From Mobula hypostoma (lineage: Eukaryota), in assembly GCF_963921235.1 (NCBI RefSeq), contig NC_086118.1:23686001-23750000 (forward strand): a stretch of DNA of 64,000 nt. The letters are read 5' to 3'. The notes beneath the pieces were generated by a model. The model searched no databases. It saw only the letters and a program-made list of their open reading frames with translations, and was not told the origin of the DNA. Position 1 is the stretch's first letter. Each line of letters starts with the position of its first letter. Below are positions 35,801-49,150 of this stretch, piece after piece. Position numbers and translations under genes: made by a program.

Positions 35801-37269
35801 AATAACAGATAAGAACTGGGTGTCATTATTCTGTCCTTCACCTCTAAGAATAAAATAAAGGTAGAATCATTGAACCTCTTCTGGAAATTGTGCATCTATT
35901 AGTAAAGATGTGCACTTGGAGTTAGCAGAGAAGTTTTAGTATATGCCACACAAGGTTTCCAAGCAAGAACTTTGCAAGATCTCCTGAAAGAGTCAGTAAC
36001 TTCAATTTATCCCTTTAAATTTTGTTCATTAGTTGGCAGCGCTGAAGACTTGCATCATCTCCTGGGAATATGGGTTCAAACCCCACATTCACCTTTGGCA
36101 CATATTTTAAGTTAACAGGCCAAAACATTGTTGTCCCACTTTAGCAGAAATTGTTTTTGTTTTGTATGAAACAGAAAGACAAGGATCACTTGCTCTTTCA
36201 ATAGGGCCTAAAGGAGATCTGTTACATTTTCAAAGCTGCGTGGAACTGACTAGCAACTTCCATTTCCCATTTTAAGGAATATTAAGAAACTGGTTATTTC
36301 TAAGATATTATTCCTTAAAAATCTGCTAATCACCTATCTGGGATTTTTATCGGATTTTTGCATAGTACCATTCCTTCAGGAATACAATGTGAACTATTTG
36401 GGGGTATCATGGCATGTCAATGATTCCAAATAACTGCAAGTTCAGTATTTCTTTCTGATTGTCATTTGGCTTAATTTCAGTTTCACGTTCTGTAAGTTCT
36501 GTCATGTTTATTTTTCACTCTGCACATTTTTATTTCTGCTTTCAATGATTTTCTATTGTTACATTTTCTGTTAACCGAATTGAAATTGAAAATAATCGGA
36601 TTCCTTTAATTCAAGACGTTGATTAGTGTAAGTAATGCAATCACTGACTCGAATCATAATCAGTAATATCACTAATACAACCATGTGAAAGTGTTCTACA
36701 AGGAAAATGGTTAAAAAAACAATGTTGCTTTGACTTTGTAATAATTTCAGAGAGGAATAAAATTACTGGGAAGTTATGTTGTATATTATTATTGAAATTT
36801 GTATACATTTTGGTGTTACATTAAAACAAGTAGTAGAAATAAATATTTTATTTTTGCAGCTCAGTTTCCATTCAGTTTTGTTTTCCCAGAGGATACAAGC
36901 TTCATCCTCAATTCATTCAAAGCTCAACCCTTCTTTATGTTCACAGCAGATTTCTTGAAATTCAAATCTTTCTTCATTGTCTCTGAAATCAAACACATTT
37001 CCACATTGAACATTATTGATTAGACATCACTTGTACATATGACTATAAACAGTCTGGGTTTTTGCAGCCCTTAAGTGACTAAACTTGCCTGCATTTCTGG
37101 TCTTCTATCCTTGAAATTAGTTGCGAGATGCATTTATCAGCTTAACCAATACTTTATCATGTTCTGAAGAACTTGCATATGTCCGGAAAGAATTCCTTTC
37201 CCTTTGATACTATTCATATAATATCCTGTCCAGAATGCATTTGTAATCCATTTACAGGGGGAGCTCATA

Positions 37270-37482
37270 AGCCCCCTGCCACCCACTCACATTCCCCCTC
37301 ACCTGTCTTCACCTGTCCCCTGTCAGCTTGTTCTCCTTTCCCTCTGCTCACTTTCTTATTCTTTGTTCTTCCCCTTCTTTTCCAGTCCTAATGAAGGGTC
37401 AAGGCATGAAACAATAGCTATTTTTGCCCTCCATAGATGTTGCCTGATGTGCTGAGTTCCTCCAGCATTTTGTGTGTTGCTA
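37270..37482 (+). mobile_element. Degraded Penelope-like 3' end
   Basis: cagtc-CTAATGA-agggtcaaggcat-GAAA (decayed hammerhead), then the gctgagttcctccagcattttgtgtgttgc tail. Confidence 0.75.
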
Positions 37483-39181
37483 TACCTTTGCAAATGTGCC
37501 ATTTATCAAAAAAGAACCAGAGTTAATGGATGACCTTGTGCTTCTTAGTGAGCCATTACTCATCCACCTTCTGCTTTTCAAGATATGTTTGAATTCCATT
37601 CACATCAGCCCATTACAATGTAGATGCAGAGAAGACTTTGAAGATCCAACCTACTGTTGGGCTTAGTTCAAGATTAAGTCCATTGGCAGCTCTGAGACAT
37701 TATGAACTCAGACACTAGATGCTCTTAACCAGTGAGTGAACCACAATCATTTGGATTGCTAACCATTAAAAATTCAATGTTAGCCCTTTTCTGTCTATTT
37801 TTCTTTAAATTGTTGTATATTTATGTTTTTCATTAAGTGACAGAAGCGTAATGTGATTCTAACGCATTTATTTTTCATTATTATAAATCTGTTTTTATTA
37901 CTTCAATCTGCTTCAGAGAGATACAGCAATAGTGAACGATGACTTTCAAACAGCAATTGTCAAGGGTTGTCAGGATGTTGCTGGGGGCAAATCTTTAGGT
38001 TCTACTGTGTAAAGCTTAGTCAGCATTTCTGGGCCACCTCGCTTCATGGAAGGGAGGTGATATGGAAACTTGAGTATTTGCCTATGACTCTGGGATTAGC
38101 ACAAGGATCAGGTGCTAGCAATGGCTTGGATCGAGCACATTGTAGTGGCAAAACAAATCCATAATCAAAACAATTGCCACTTGTCTGCAACTGTACGGAC
38201 TGTTATACTAGACGTGCCCACAGCTCCAATGATTGCTCAGAAAGTCAAATCTTTTATTTAATCCTTTATTAGCATTATTGAATATTATCTCAATGGTCAG
38301 CAAATGATATGACCTCCACCAGTCTCAAGCTACAAACTGCCAGTGAAATAAGCAAGAATACGTAACTTATTCCCTTTGCTTTTACTACACCCACAGTCAG
38401 TGAATAGTTACTATAATAAGCAACCCAAACAGAAAGCAGAGAGAGAACAGATACATGGCTCCAGCACACAGGATAGTACAATGTTTTAAAAATTGTCAAC
38501 ACTCTGATAAAATGTTAATAATCTTGGGCTGCTGAAATCAGATTCGCCTTGTAAATTTCACTCATCTCCCTCTCACTGCCTCAGCTGCACGCATTGTCAG
38601 TGCCTCGTTCTTTTTTAACACTTATTGGTGTGCTGCTATTGTCTTATGTTAATATCAATTTTTATTTAGTCATTTTCCATCACCCCTTCAAGCACTTTGC
38701 AGTATGTTTTGTTGTGTTTATATAAGCATATGTGAGCTTGTCTATTTACCTTGACCCTCATTGTCAAAGGTCCTTTGATTGGTGCATGGGTCCTGAGGTG
38801 ATTCAGTAATCCTTCTCCAGAACCACAGATGTGCAGTTGCCGATGTTACTACATTGTACATTTGCCCTCTGGCCTGTGTTACATTCCCTTTTCTGACTAT
38901 ACATTTCCTTTTCGACTTTGGAGATAATAAGCTTGTTTTTGAAGCAGCCTTCTTGTTTTTTTTTGAAAGTTTTATCCTATTGATACCATTCTTCTTATCT
39001 CATTAACATCTATTTCTATTTTCGTGACCATATGCTACATTATCCCTACTTACTGCTTGGCATTGAGAATTTATTAAACCCTATTCTTAAATTTCTTCTT
39101 CAATTTTGGCAGCATTTACTTCATTTTTCAGCAAATGCAGAAGAATGCTTTTGGGTTTACTGATCTTTCCAATAATTTGGG

Positions 39182-39480
39182 TCAAGTTCAAGTCCAGTTC
39201 AATTTATTGTCATGTGTACAAGTATGGTAAGGTACAGGTGCAGTGAAAACCTTACAGACAACACACAGAATAGAAATTACACATAAAATTATTTCAGATA
39301 TGAAGAGAGAAGAAACACTGTGCAAAAACAAGGAATCAGTATAAAACTAGATGCAAATAGAGACAAGTCCATGGTAGGGCATGAGGTGTCCAAAGTGTTT
39401 AATTCTGAAGTAGGGTTAGGGTTCAAGGATTGGATGGTGGCAGGAAAGTAATTGTTCTTGAACCTGGTGCTGTGGTTGAT
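39182..39480 (-). mobile_element. Rex1/Babar-type 3'UTR fragment
   Basis: (CAAGTT)n tail plus tttattgtca; gttcttgaacctggtg as in 41525-41540. Confidence 0.6.
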
Positions 39481-41227
39481 GATGAGCTATTTCCGCTTCT
39501 GCTCAATGAATTCATCAGTCACAGTGTACTTATGATTGGCATGATCCTGGTCTATTCATATTTTGTTTCACTATAACTCCAACGCCCAAAGGAAACAAAA
39601 TAATTTCACCAAGCTGAAAGAGAACAAAATAGATGTATCTCCAATAAGTGGTTCATAGTGTGAAGATGTCAATAAAATACAAACTGGTGGATGGGGGGGG
39701 CGTGCAGTGCAGAGGTATGAGGGTTGGAAATGTAGGAGAAAACAGGAAATATGTAATAAAAGTGTACAGATATTTCATTCGCAAAATTCACTTGTAATTT
39801 AATGCTAAGCACTGACCTACTCCTTTACATGGGAAGATTTATAATGTTCCTATAATCAGGATCAAGGTGTAACCCTGAAATTCTACAAAATGGATGACCC
39901 AGGAAGACCTATACGTTTTTTCTGTCAGTTGGCAAACTCAACATTTATTCTTGGGTGAAATGGGATATTATTACAGAGCAAAAGATACAAAAAAATCTCT
40001 CTTCTTGGTTACTTTCTACTTGATCTCCGTTCTGGGTCATAAGAGATTGTTAAAAGCCATACAAACCACAAGCCTTTGCATGCTCTGGGGCTAGCCAGTC
40101 CTGCTGTCAATCAATCATGCAGTATTTTAGCAATTGTATGAACAGGTCCGTACTGGGAGCTGTGATCCAGACCTCTTCGAACAACAGCAATGGGGCTGAA
40201 ATCTGATTAAACTTTAATCCTGCCCTCACACAACTGTTCACATAAGTACAGTTAGATTTCACATACATCATTTCTAAATTTAAAATGTATCAAAAGAATG
40301 AATGCTTTCAGGTAAACAGTCATGTTAAGGATTATTATATATTTTCTTCACAGGGGTATCTACGTAATGAATGGGTTCTGTTTTTACAGACATCCATGAA
40401 TTGATTTTGCCCGCAAGCCAGAACATAAATCACTCAATATGGTTACGATAGCTCCACAGTTTTGTAATACATGGCATCAAACGCACACGAGAAAGAGCAA
40501 TTACTAAAAGTGAAGAGAGAGAGAGAGAGTGCGAGAGAGAGAAGAATCTACTTCTGCCATATGTAGGAACAAACGTGTGTATGTATGTCAGATTATTAAA
40601 TTTAATAATATTACTAATGCTTGTTCGTATGTACTGTATGGTGTCCATATGTTAGGTACTTGTAATCCAAGGACTATCTCTACAGTTGTCATCATCTAAT
40701 TTGAATATTGTATATTTTTAAGCATTTGGGTTAAGCACATCTCTTGGTGTTCAGGCATAATTTGAAGTATGATTTCATGACTCAAATGTGAGTTCTTGAT
40801 GTATGTATTTGTCTACGTACTAGGCTGATATTTCTGCTTTTTGCTTTTGATAGTTGTTTAAAAGTTAAATTAAGATACATAAAAAGGCTAAGCACCCCTC
40901 CGGGTCTGTGCTGGCATCCTACTCTTTCACAGCAGTCCCATTCCTCCACTTATTTCTATGTTACCCTACTTTCCCTCACATGCCCAGATACTCCTGTTAC
41001 ACTAGGGTTAATTTACAGTGAGCAATTAATTTACCTGGATTAAATGAGATCTTGTTGTTAAAGATTCCCTGGAAGCTCTTGCCCGCAATATGATAAAATT
41101 CCAGAAGCAGATTAAGGGTAAATACCACTGGAACAAAACCGCTGTCTTCAACTTAAAACAAGAGCAATCACAATGATTCACAATGTCTGTGAGCTAGAAA
41201 ATAACCTAAAAAATGGTCAGCAGATGA

Positions 41228-42285
41228 GTTCAACGTTTGAAGTAAAATTTATTATCAGAGTGCACACATGTCACCACACACAAACCTGAGATCCTTTTTC
41301 CTGTGGGCATGCTTGACAAATCTATAGGTCAATAACTGTAAACAGGATCAATGAACAAGAGGCTGCAAATGCAAATATAAATAAATAGCAATAAATGGCA
41401 AGAGCATGAAATAACAAGTTAAAGAGTCCTTAAAGTGAGACTGTTGGTGGTGGGACCAGCAGAAATAGAACGAGTGTAGTTATCCCATCTTGTTCAAGAG
41501 CCTGATGGTTGAGGGGTAGTAACTGTTCTTGAACCTGGTGGTGAGAGTCCTGAGCATTTGTACCTTCTACTTGTTGGCGGCAGTGATAAAAGAGCAAGGC
41601 CTGGGTGGTGAGGATCTTTGATGATGGATGTTGCTTTTCTACGGCAACATTTTATGTAGATGTGCTCATTGGTTGGGAGGGCTTTACCCGTGATGTACTA
41701 GGCCAAATCCACTACCTTTCATAGGATTTTCTGCTCAAAGGCATCGGTGTTCCCATACCAGGATGTATTACAGCCAGTCAGCACACATTCCACCACACAC
41801 CTATAGAAGTTTGCCAAGGTTTTTGATGACATGTTGAAACTCCACAGACTCCTGAGGAAGTAGAGGTACTGTTATGCTTTCTTTGCAATTATATTTATAT
41901 GGTGGGTCCAGGGTAGGTCCACTGAGATAGTGACACCCAGGAAATTAAAGTTACTGACCCCCTCCATCTTTGATCTTCCGATGAATATTGTTTCACGGAC
42001 CTCTAGTTTCCTTCTCCTGAAGTCTACAATTAGTTTCTTGGTCTTATTGACATTCAGTGAAAGGTTGCTGTTATTACACCACTCAGCCAAATTTCAGTCT
42101 CCCTCCTGTATGCTGATTCATCATCATCCTTAATACGACTGACAACAATGGTGTCATCAGCAAGCTCGTATGTGGTGTTGGAGCCGTACATAGCCACACA
42201 GTCATAAGTGTAAAGTGAGTAGAGCGGGAACTAAGTGCACATCCCTGTGGTGCTGCTGCTGGAGATTGTGGAGGAGATGTACTTT
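41228..42285 (-). mobile_element. Rex1/Babar-type LINE 3' portion with RT end
   Basis: APQGCALS, xADDT (gtcatcagc at about 42152), WCNNSNLSLNVNKTKKLIVDFRR..FNFLGVTI. Confidence 0.9.
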
Positions 42286-42519
42286 GAACTTCAGGCAAGA
42301 GGACGGGGACATACTAAGAATTTAGCAACAAAAGAGTCAATAGTTCAGAAGAAGGGTGAAAAGTGATTCTGAAGAAGAATTTGTGTGTGATATCAAAACA
42401 AACAGTAAGATAAATAAATAAGAAGGAGGAATCTAAGGTTATATAGAAACTCTAGAGAATGAGGTGAGTGAATTAATAATAAGAAAGCAGGAAGCAGAAG
42501 GTTGCGGGGGATTTCAACC

Positions 42520-42885
42520 AAACTAGCTTGAAGAAGTCTCTGAACAACTACCACTAACATATCACCTGTGGAAGCAGTGGAACCAGCACAGTTGATCTCC
42601 ATAAAGAATGCTTACCAAGCCATCATATGTCCACATTATGGAAAATTCAGTCATCTGGCTGCATTTCTGCTCCCCGCATACAGACAGAGACTAAAGACCA
42701 CAGCACCAGTAATGAGGGTCAAGAAGGTATGGTCAATAAAAGCGGAAGAGAGTTTAAAGAACTGCTTTGAGTCAGTGGACTGGACAATATTCAGGGTTTC
42801 ATCTTTGATTCTGAATGAATATGGCACAGTTGTCACCAACATCATCAAGACCTGTTGGGGTGAGTGTGTACCTTTGAGAATATAA
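42520..42885 (+). mobile_element. Rex1/Babar-type internal fragment (endonuclease end/linker)
   Basis: KNAYQAIICPHYGKFSHLAAFLLPAYRQRLK..LKNCFESVDW; a related fragment lies at 59540-60010. Confidence 0.8.
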
Positions 42886-42887
42886 TC

Positions 42888-43128
42888 AGAGGAGAAGATG
42901 GCGGTGCAACGCAGTGAATGAATGAACGTTCCGATGAATATCAATTATGTGTAAGTAGGGGCCGTGCACAATCTGGATTTGATGGAGGCAGCCAGGAGTA
43001 GCGCAGAGGAACATCTGGAGTAACTTCTGAAATGCCTGCTTCACTGCCGCTGCTACTGTGCGATCAAGAATCTCCGGAGACGAAGGCCCCAAATCCTCGG
43101 CTTTGCGTATCGCCTGTTGCCAAGGCCG
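42888..43128 (+). mobile_element. 5' part of the non-autonomous retroposon family (copy D)
   Basis: Starts gaggagaagatggcggtgcaacgcag; colinear with 58858-59090. Confidence 0.8.
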
Positions 43129-43830
43129 CACAGTATCTCAGTTATCTTCATCATGAGCACTAGCCTCCCCAACATTAGGGACATCTTCAAAAGCCAAAGC
43201 CTCAAAAAGACAGCATTGATAATTTAGGATCCCCATCACCCAGGACATGCCCTCTTCTTATTGCTACCATCCAAATGGAGGTATAGCAGTCTGAAGACAC
43301 ACACTCACCATTTTAGGAACAGTTTCTTCTGCTCTGACATTAGCTTTCTGGATGGACAATGAACCCATGTACACTACCTCACTATGTCTTTCTTTTTTAT
43401 GAAGTTCAAGGTAAATATATTATCAAAGTATGTATTCAGTATGTCATAGACCAAGGGTGGCCAACCTTTTACATTCCATGTGTCAATTTTTTCACACACA
43501 AGTTCTATATTAACATATTTTTATAAGAATTGTGGGGGTACAAATGTATGGCTCATCTGAACACGTATGTGAAAAAATTGACATATGGAATGTAAAAGGT
43601 TGGTCACCCCTGTCATAGACCATCAGTATGCATATACTATCCTGACATTCATTTTCTTGCAGGGATTCACAGCAAATAGAAAGAAGCACAAGAGGATCAA
43701 TGAAAAACCAGACCCAACAGAGGTGGACAAACTAGCAATGTGTAAAAGATAACAAACTATGCAAATACAAAAAGAAAATAATAATAATATCAACAATAAG
43801 TAGCCCATAAATATTGATAGCGAGAATGCA
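43128..43830. mobile_element. Two Rex1/Babar-type 3' fragments, tail to tail (plus 43128-43395, minus 43400-43830)
   Basis: DPHHPGHALFLLLPS motif on plus; aagttcaag..tattatcaaagta tail on minus. Confidence 0.65.
43452..43612. mobile_element. 161-bp hAT MITE with long TIRs
   Basis: About 45-bp TIRs caagggtggccaaccttttacattccatgtgtcaattttttcaca / tgtgaaaaaattgacatatggaatgtaaaaggttggtcacccctg; perfect 8-bp TSD TCATAGAC (43444-43451, 43613-43620). Confidence 0.95.
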
Positions 43831-44019
43831 TGAGGGGAACCTGTAGATTCTGTGTACTTAGACTTCCAAATGGCATTTGAAAAGCGGTCACTTAAGAGGA
43901 TGGTGTATAAATTAAAAGCCCAAGGTATTCAATGGTGTGTTAGCATGTATTGTAACCTTGATGTTACACAGATTAAAAAAAAAAGAATTTCCCATTGTTC
44001 CTGAACATATCCTGCAGTC

Positions 44020-44627
44020 GGGAAAGCTCACCAACACCTTAACTTACTGAGGAGCTGAAGAGAGCTGGACCTTGCGCATGCACACTCATATCATCCTTCA
44101 GATGTGCAGTAAGAGCACCTTAACAAGCTGCTTCACTGTCTGACATGGAAACTGAATTACAGCGGACAGGAACATTCTACAGCAGGTAATGAAAACTGCC
44201 CAACACATCACTGGCACCAGCCTATCTTCCATTAAGGACACACAGTATATATAGAAAGGTGCTGGAAAAGGACCAGCAACATCATGATGGAAATCCAGTC
44301 AGGGAGGAGGCCATGTCACATTCACACCAGAACCACCAGACTCAAGAGCAGTTGCTTTCCCCAGCAGTAAAGCTGATCAACACCTCCACCCACTAACTCC
44401 ACACTGCCTTATTATTTCCCACCAGCCACTTCTGTACAACCTAGCTTCACTTTATGGATGTACAATCAATGCATATAAGCTATCTAATGTATTTATATGT
44501 ATTGTGTTTTTATTATTATTATTGTGTTCTTTATCTTTTGTGTTTTTTATGCTGTATCAGATTGAAGGTAACAATTATTCTGCTGTCCTTACACTTGTGT
44601 GCAAGAAATGACATTAAACAATCTTGA
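44020..44627 (+). mobile_element. Degraded Rex1/Babar-type 3' portion
   Basis: aaagctcaccaacacctt..ctgaggagctgaag, accaccagactcaagagcagt; aatgacattaaac plus (AATCTTG) tail. Confidence 0.7.
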
Positions 44628-45260
44628 ATGTTGTCCGCCAGAGAAAGCAGGATCTCCCAGTGGCCACACATTTTAATTCCACATCCCATTCCCATTCTGA
44701 CATGTCTATCCACAGCCTCCTCTACTGTAAAGATGAAGCCACACTCAGGTTGGAGGAACAACACCTTATATTCCGTCTGGGTAGCCTCCAACCTGATGGC
44801 ATGAACATTGACTTCTCTAACTTCAGCTAAGGCCCCACCTCCCCCTCGTACCCCATCTGTTACTCATTTTTATGCACACATTCTTTCTCTCACTCTCCTT
44901 TTTCTCCCTTTGTCCCTCTGAATATACCTCTTGCCCATCCTCTGGGTCACCCCCCCCCCGTTTTTCTTCCCGGACCTCCTGTCCCATGATCCTCTCGTAT
45001 CCCCTTTTGCCTATCACCTGTCCAGCTCTCGACTCTATCCCTCCCCCTCTTGTCTTCTCCTATCATTTTGCATCTCCCCCTCCCCCTTCAGCTTTCAAAT
45101 CCCTTACTCACTCTTCCTTCAGTTAGTCCTGACGAAGGGTCTCGGCCTGAAACGTCGACTGCGCCTCTTCCTATAGATGCTGCTTGGCCTGCTGCGTTCA
45201 CCAGCAACTTTGATGTATGTTGCTTGAATTTCCAGCATCTGCAGAATTCCTGTTGTTTGA
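44628..45260 (+). mobile_element. Penelope-like element 3' portion: GIY-YIG endonuclease C-terminus plus 3' region with hammerhead
   Basis: DLPVATHFNSTSHSHSDMSI..RLEEQHLIFRLGSLQPDGMN (44630-44830) is the typical PLE endonuclease end. Confidence 0.93.
45125..45160 (+). ncRNA. Minimal type I hammerhead ribozyme (best-preserved copy)
   Basis: agtc-CUGACGA-agggucucggccu-GAAA-cg-UC-gacu: stem I agtc/gact, stem II hairpin, conserved boxes, palindromic ACGU in place of stem III, predicted cleavage after C45156. Confidence 0.8.
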
Positions 45261-45279
45261 ACGTTGAATCTTGAGTTGT

Positions 45280-46092
45280 TCAGTGTGGGTGAGGCCACCC
45301 CTGGAATGTTGTGCACGGTTTTGAACTCTTACCACAAGAAAGATTTAGAAGGATTGGCGGCCCCCTAAACAAGGTTTGCCCGGCTAATTCCTGGGTTCAG
45401 AGAGTTGCCCTGTTGGCACGGTAGTATAGTAGTTAGCACAACGCTTTGTAACAAGATTGGGATTCGAGTCCTGCCGCTGTACCTTCTACCCGTGACTCCA
45501 TCAGATTCCTCTGGGTGCTCCAGTTCCCTCGCACGTTCAAAAGGTTAGGGTCAGAGAGTTGTGGACATGCTACGCTGGCATCGGAAGAGTGGCGACACTT
45601 GAGGGCTGTGCAGCTCAATCCTTGCTGATTTGATTTGACACAAACAACGCAAATGTCTTGATGCGACAAACAAAACTAATCTCTCTGTACAGTTTGGGAC
45701 TGTTTTCCTTGGAGTTTAGAACAAAGAGAGACGACTTGTTCAAACGTACAACAACTTTCGGAGGATTGAGGTGACAGATGTTGAGATGCTTTTAATAGTG
45801 GGAGGGTCATGAGCAAGTAAACATAATTACTAAATAAGAGATCGATCATTTAAAACTGATAGAAGTAGAAATTTCTTCTCTCAGAGAGAGTGAGTCTCTG
45901 GAATCCTCCAACAATATTTATCAATCCCATATAGATAAATATTTGAAAAATCAGGGAATTAAGGCACATGTGAAAATAGAACTGAAGAAGAGTTGAGACC
46001 CACATTGATCAGCAATGAACTTAGTAAATGGCAAGGTAGGTTTGTGGGGACTGGTGACTTACTCCTGCTCCTGTATTCTTGGGTTCTTGTTC
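45280..46092 (+). mobile_element. Old CR1-type 3' fragment split by a SINE
   Basis: gtgaggccacccctggaatgttgtgcacggtttt.., resuming at about 45686 with ttgggactgttttccttggagtttagaa; tail ttactcctgctcctgtattctt. Confidence 0.7.
45413..45685 (+). mobile_element. tRNA-derived V-type SINE
   Basis: A box gtagtatagtagtt, B box gattcgagtcc, V-like cctctgggtgctccagttccctcgcac; tail acaaacaaaactaatct. Confidence 0.7.
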
Positions 46093-46244
46093 TAGCATGT
46101 CTTTGGAATATGAAAGGAAAACCTAAGGGTCACAGAGAGGGTATATAGACTTCACACAGACAGCATCAGGGTCAGAATTGAACTTGGGTCACTGCAGCCA
46201 AGTGGTGGCAGTTTTAAATGCCATATCTTTACTGTTGTCCATTT

Positions 46245-47195
46245 CCCATGCTCACACCATCTTCCCACTGCCTTAACAGTGACAGAGTTACCTACCACCA
46301 CATGAGCCTCCACATCCAGCACATCATTCCCTACAACATCGCACCATCACCAAAGGGATCCTACCATCAAACACATCTTTACTTCCACCCCCACAACACT
46401 TTCTGCAAGGATCACTCCCTCTGTCCATTCATCCCTCCCCACTAATCTCCCTCCTGGTAGCTATCCTTGCAAGCAGTCAAAGTGATACACCTGGCCATTC
46501 ACCTCCATTCAGGGCCCCAAACAGTCCTTCCAGGTGTGGCACCATTTCACCTGCAAAACTGGTGGGCCGTCAATTGTATCTGATGCTCCTGATGTGGCTT
46601 CCTCTGCATTGGTGAGAGCCATTGTAAATGGGGTACCACTTTGTTGAGCACCTCCACTCCATCTGCTAAAGGGAGAACTTGCCGCTGGCTAAACATTTAA
46701 TTCCAATTCCATGGAGTCGGGCCATGGCCTCCTCTTGTGCCACATTAAGGGCACCCTCAGGGTAGAGGAGCTACATCTTATCTCCTGGCTGGGTAACCTC
46801 CAACCTGATGGCATGAATATTGTATTCTCCTTCCTGTAAAAAAAAATGCCCTCCCCCTCCTCTCTTCTTCCATTCCCCACTGTGGCCTCTAACATCTTCT
46901 CACCTGCCTATCACCTCCCCCTACTGCCCCTCCCCCATCCTCTTCTCTAATGGTCTACACTCATCTCCTATCAGATTCCTTCCAGTCCTTTACCTTTCCT
47001 ACACACCTGGCTTCATCTATCACCTTCTAGTTATCCTCCATCCTTGCACCCCCCCCCCACCTTTTTATTCTGGCATCTTCCCCCTTCCTTTCCAGCAATG
47101 AATAAAGGTCTCAGCCCAAAACATCAACTGTTTGTTCATTTCCACGGATGATTCCTGATATGCTGAGTTCCTCCAACATTTTGGATTTCCAGTGT
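46245..47195 (+). mobile_element. Older Penelope-like element 3' portion
   Basis: Degenerate GIY-YIG region (aattgtatctgatgctcc..tgcattggtgag..tttgttgagcacct; ctgggtaacctccaacctgatggcatgaa matches 44777-44805); decayed hammerhead at about 47093-47130. Confidence 0.85.
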
Positions 47196-47196
47196 C

Positions 47197-48558
47197 TTTA
47201 TACTTTATACTTTATTGTAGCCAAACAATTGATACTAGAACGTACAATCATCATAGCGATATTTGATTCTGCGCTTCCCGCTCCCTGGATTACAAATCAA
47301 TAGTAAATATTAAAAATTTAAATTATAAATCATATATAGAAAATAGAAAAATGGAAAGTAATGTAGTGCAAAAAAACCAAGATGCAGGTCCGGATATTTG
47401 GAGGGTACGGCCCAGATCCGGGTCAGGATCCATTCAGCAGTCTTATCACAGTTGGAAAGAAGCTGTTCCCAAATCTGGCCGTACGAGTCTTCAAGCTCCT
47501 GAGCCTTCTCCCGGAGGGAAAAGGGACAAAAAGTTTGTTGGCTGGGTGGGTCGTGTCCTTGATTATCCTGGCAGCACTTCTCCGACAGCATGCGGTGTAA
47601 AGTGAGTCCAAGGATGGAAGATTGGTTTGTGTGATGTGCTGTGCTGTGTTCACGATCTTCTGCAGCTTCTTCCGGTCTTGGACAGGACAACTTCTGTACC
47701 AGGTTGTGATGCACCCTAGAAGAATGCTTTCTACAGTGCATCTATAAAAATTAGTGAAGGTTTTAGGGGACAGGCCAAATTTCTTTAGTTTTCTCAGGAA
47801 GTAAAGGCGCTGGTGGGCCTTCTTGGCAGTGAACTCTGCTTGGTTGGACCAAGTCAGGTCATTTGTGATATTGACCCCGAGGAACGTAAAGCTTTTGACC
47901 TGTTCCACTTGCGCACCACCGATGTAAATTGAGTCGTGCGGTCCGCTACTCCTTCTGAAGTTAACAACCAATTCCTTCGTCTTGCTGACGTTGAGGGATA
48001 GGTTATTGGCTTCGCACTATGCCACCAGGTTCTTAATTTCCTCTCTGTACTCAAACTCATCATTACCAGAGATACAGCCTACAATTGTTGTGTCATCAGC
48101 AAACTTATATATTGAGTTCGATGGAAACTTGGCTACACAATCATGGGTGTACAGTGAGTACAGCAGGGGGCTGAGTACACAGCCTTGTGGGGCACCGGTG
48201 CTCAGAGTGATTGTAGAGGAGAGCTTGTCCCCTATTTTTACAGCCTGGGTCCTGTCTGTGAGGAAGTTGAAGACCCAGCTGCAGATCTGAGTGCTAAGGC
48301 CCAGGTTCCGGAGCTTAGGGATCAGTTTATTTGGAATGATGGTATTAAAGGTAGAGCTGTAGTCAATGATAAGGAGCCTTACGTATGCGTCTTTATTCTC
48401 CAGGTGTTCTGAGGAGGAATGTAGGGCCAGAGAGATGGCATCTGCTGTTGACCTTTTGCTCTGGAAGGCGAATTTCAAAGCGTCAAGGTTGACCAGTAGG
48501 CTGTGTTTGATGTGTGCCATAGCCAATCGCTCAAAGCACTTTATGGGAATTGATGTCA
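47197..48558 (-). mobile_element. Rex1/Babar-type LINE, best-preserved copy: RT plus C-terminus with one in-frame stop
   Basis: [60 protein letters not shown]. ORFs 48017-48607 and 47423-47971 are in the same frame, separated by TAG at 48017-48019. (TTTATAC)n tail. Confidence 0.95.
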
Positions 48559-48769
48559 AAATCTGCAGAATTTCTAGCATTATTAGTTGTTCTGTGTCAA
48601 TATGCATGTCCTGCTTCTTTGATTTGTTGTTTTTAATTGTGAAATTTCAGTAACCAGTTGAAGATGTGTACTTGTGTATTTACAAAATAAAATTTAGAAA
48701 AATGCAGATCCATTCTGTGTATTCAATTTGCATTCATATTAACTGAACTTTGCTGGTGGCACTTCAAAT

Positions 48770-49150
48770 CTGAAGATTCACTCATCCAGGATAAAGGAGA
48801 TGTCTTCCTTTTTTAAAGAAAGGGGCTTCCCTTCCTCCACCATCAACTCTGCTCTCAAACGCATCTCCCCCATTTCATGCACATCTGTCTTTCTCCCTAG
48901 GCCTCCTGTCCCATGATCCTCTCATATCCCTTTTGCCAATCAACTTCCTAGCTCTTAGCTCCATCCCTTCCCCTCCTGTCTTCTCCTATCATTTCGGATC
49001 TTCCCCTCCTCCTCCCACTTTCAAATCTCTTACTATCTTTTCTTTCAGTTAGTCCTGACGAAGAGTCTCGGCCCGAAACGTTGACTGTACCTCTTCCTAG
49101 AGATGCTGCCTGGCCTGCTGCGTTCACCAGCATTTTGTGTGTGTTGCTTC
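48770..49150 (+). mobile_element. Internally deleted Penelope-like element with hammerhead
   Basis: EMSSFFKERGFPSSTINSALKRISPIS (post-RT region) fused at about 48893 to the 3' region; agtc-CTGACGA-agagtctcggccc-GAAA-cg-TT-gact at 49051-49086. Confidence 0.85.
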
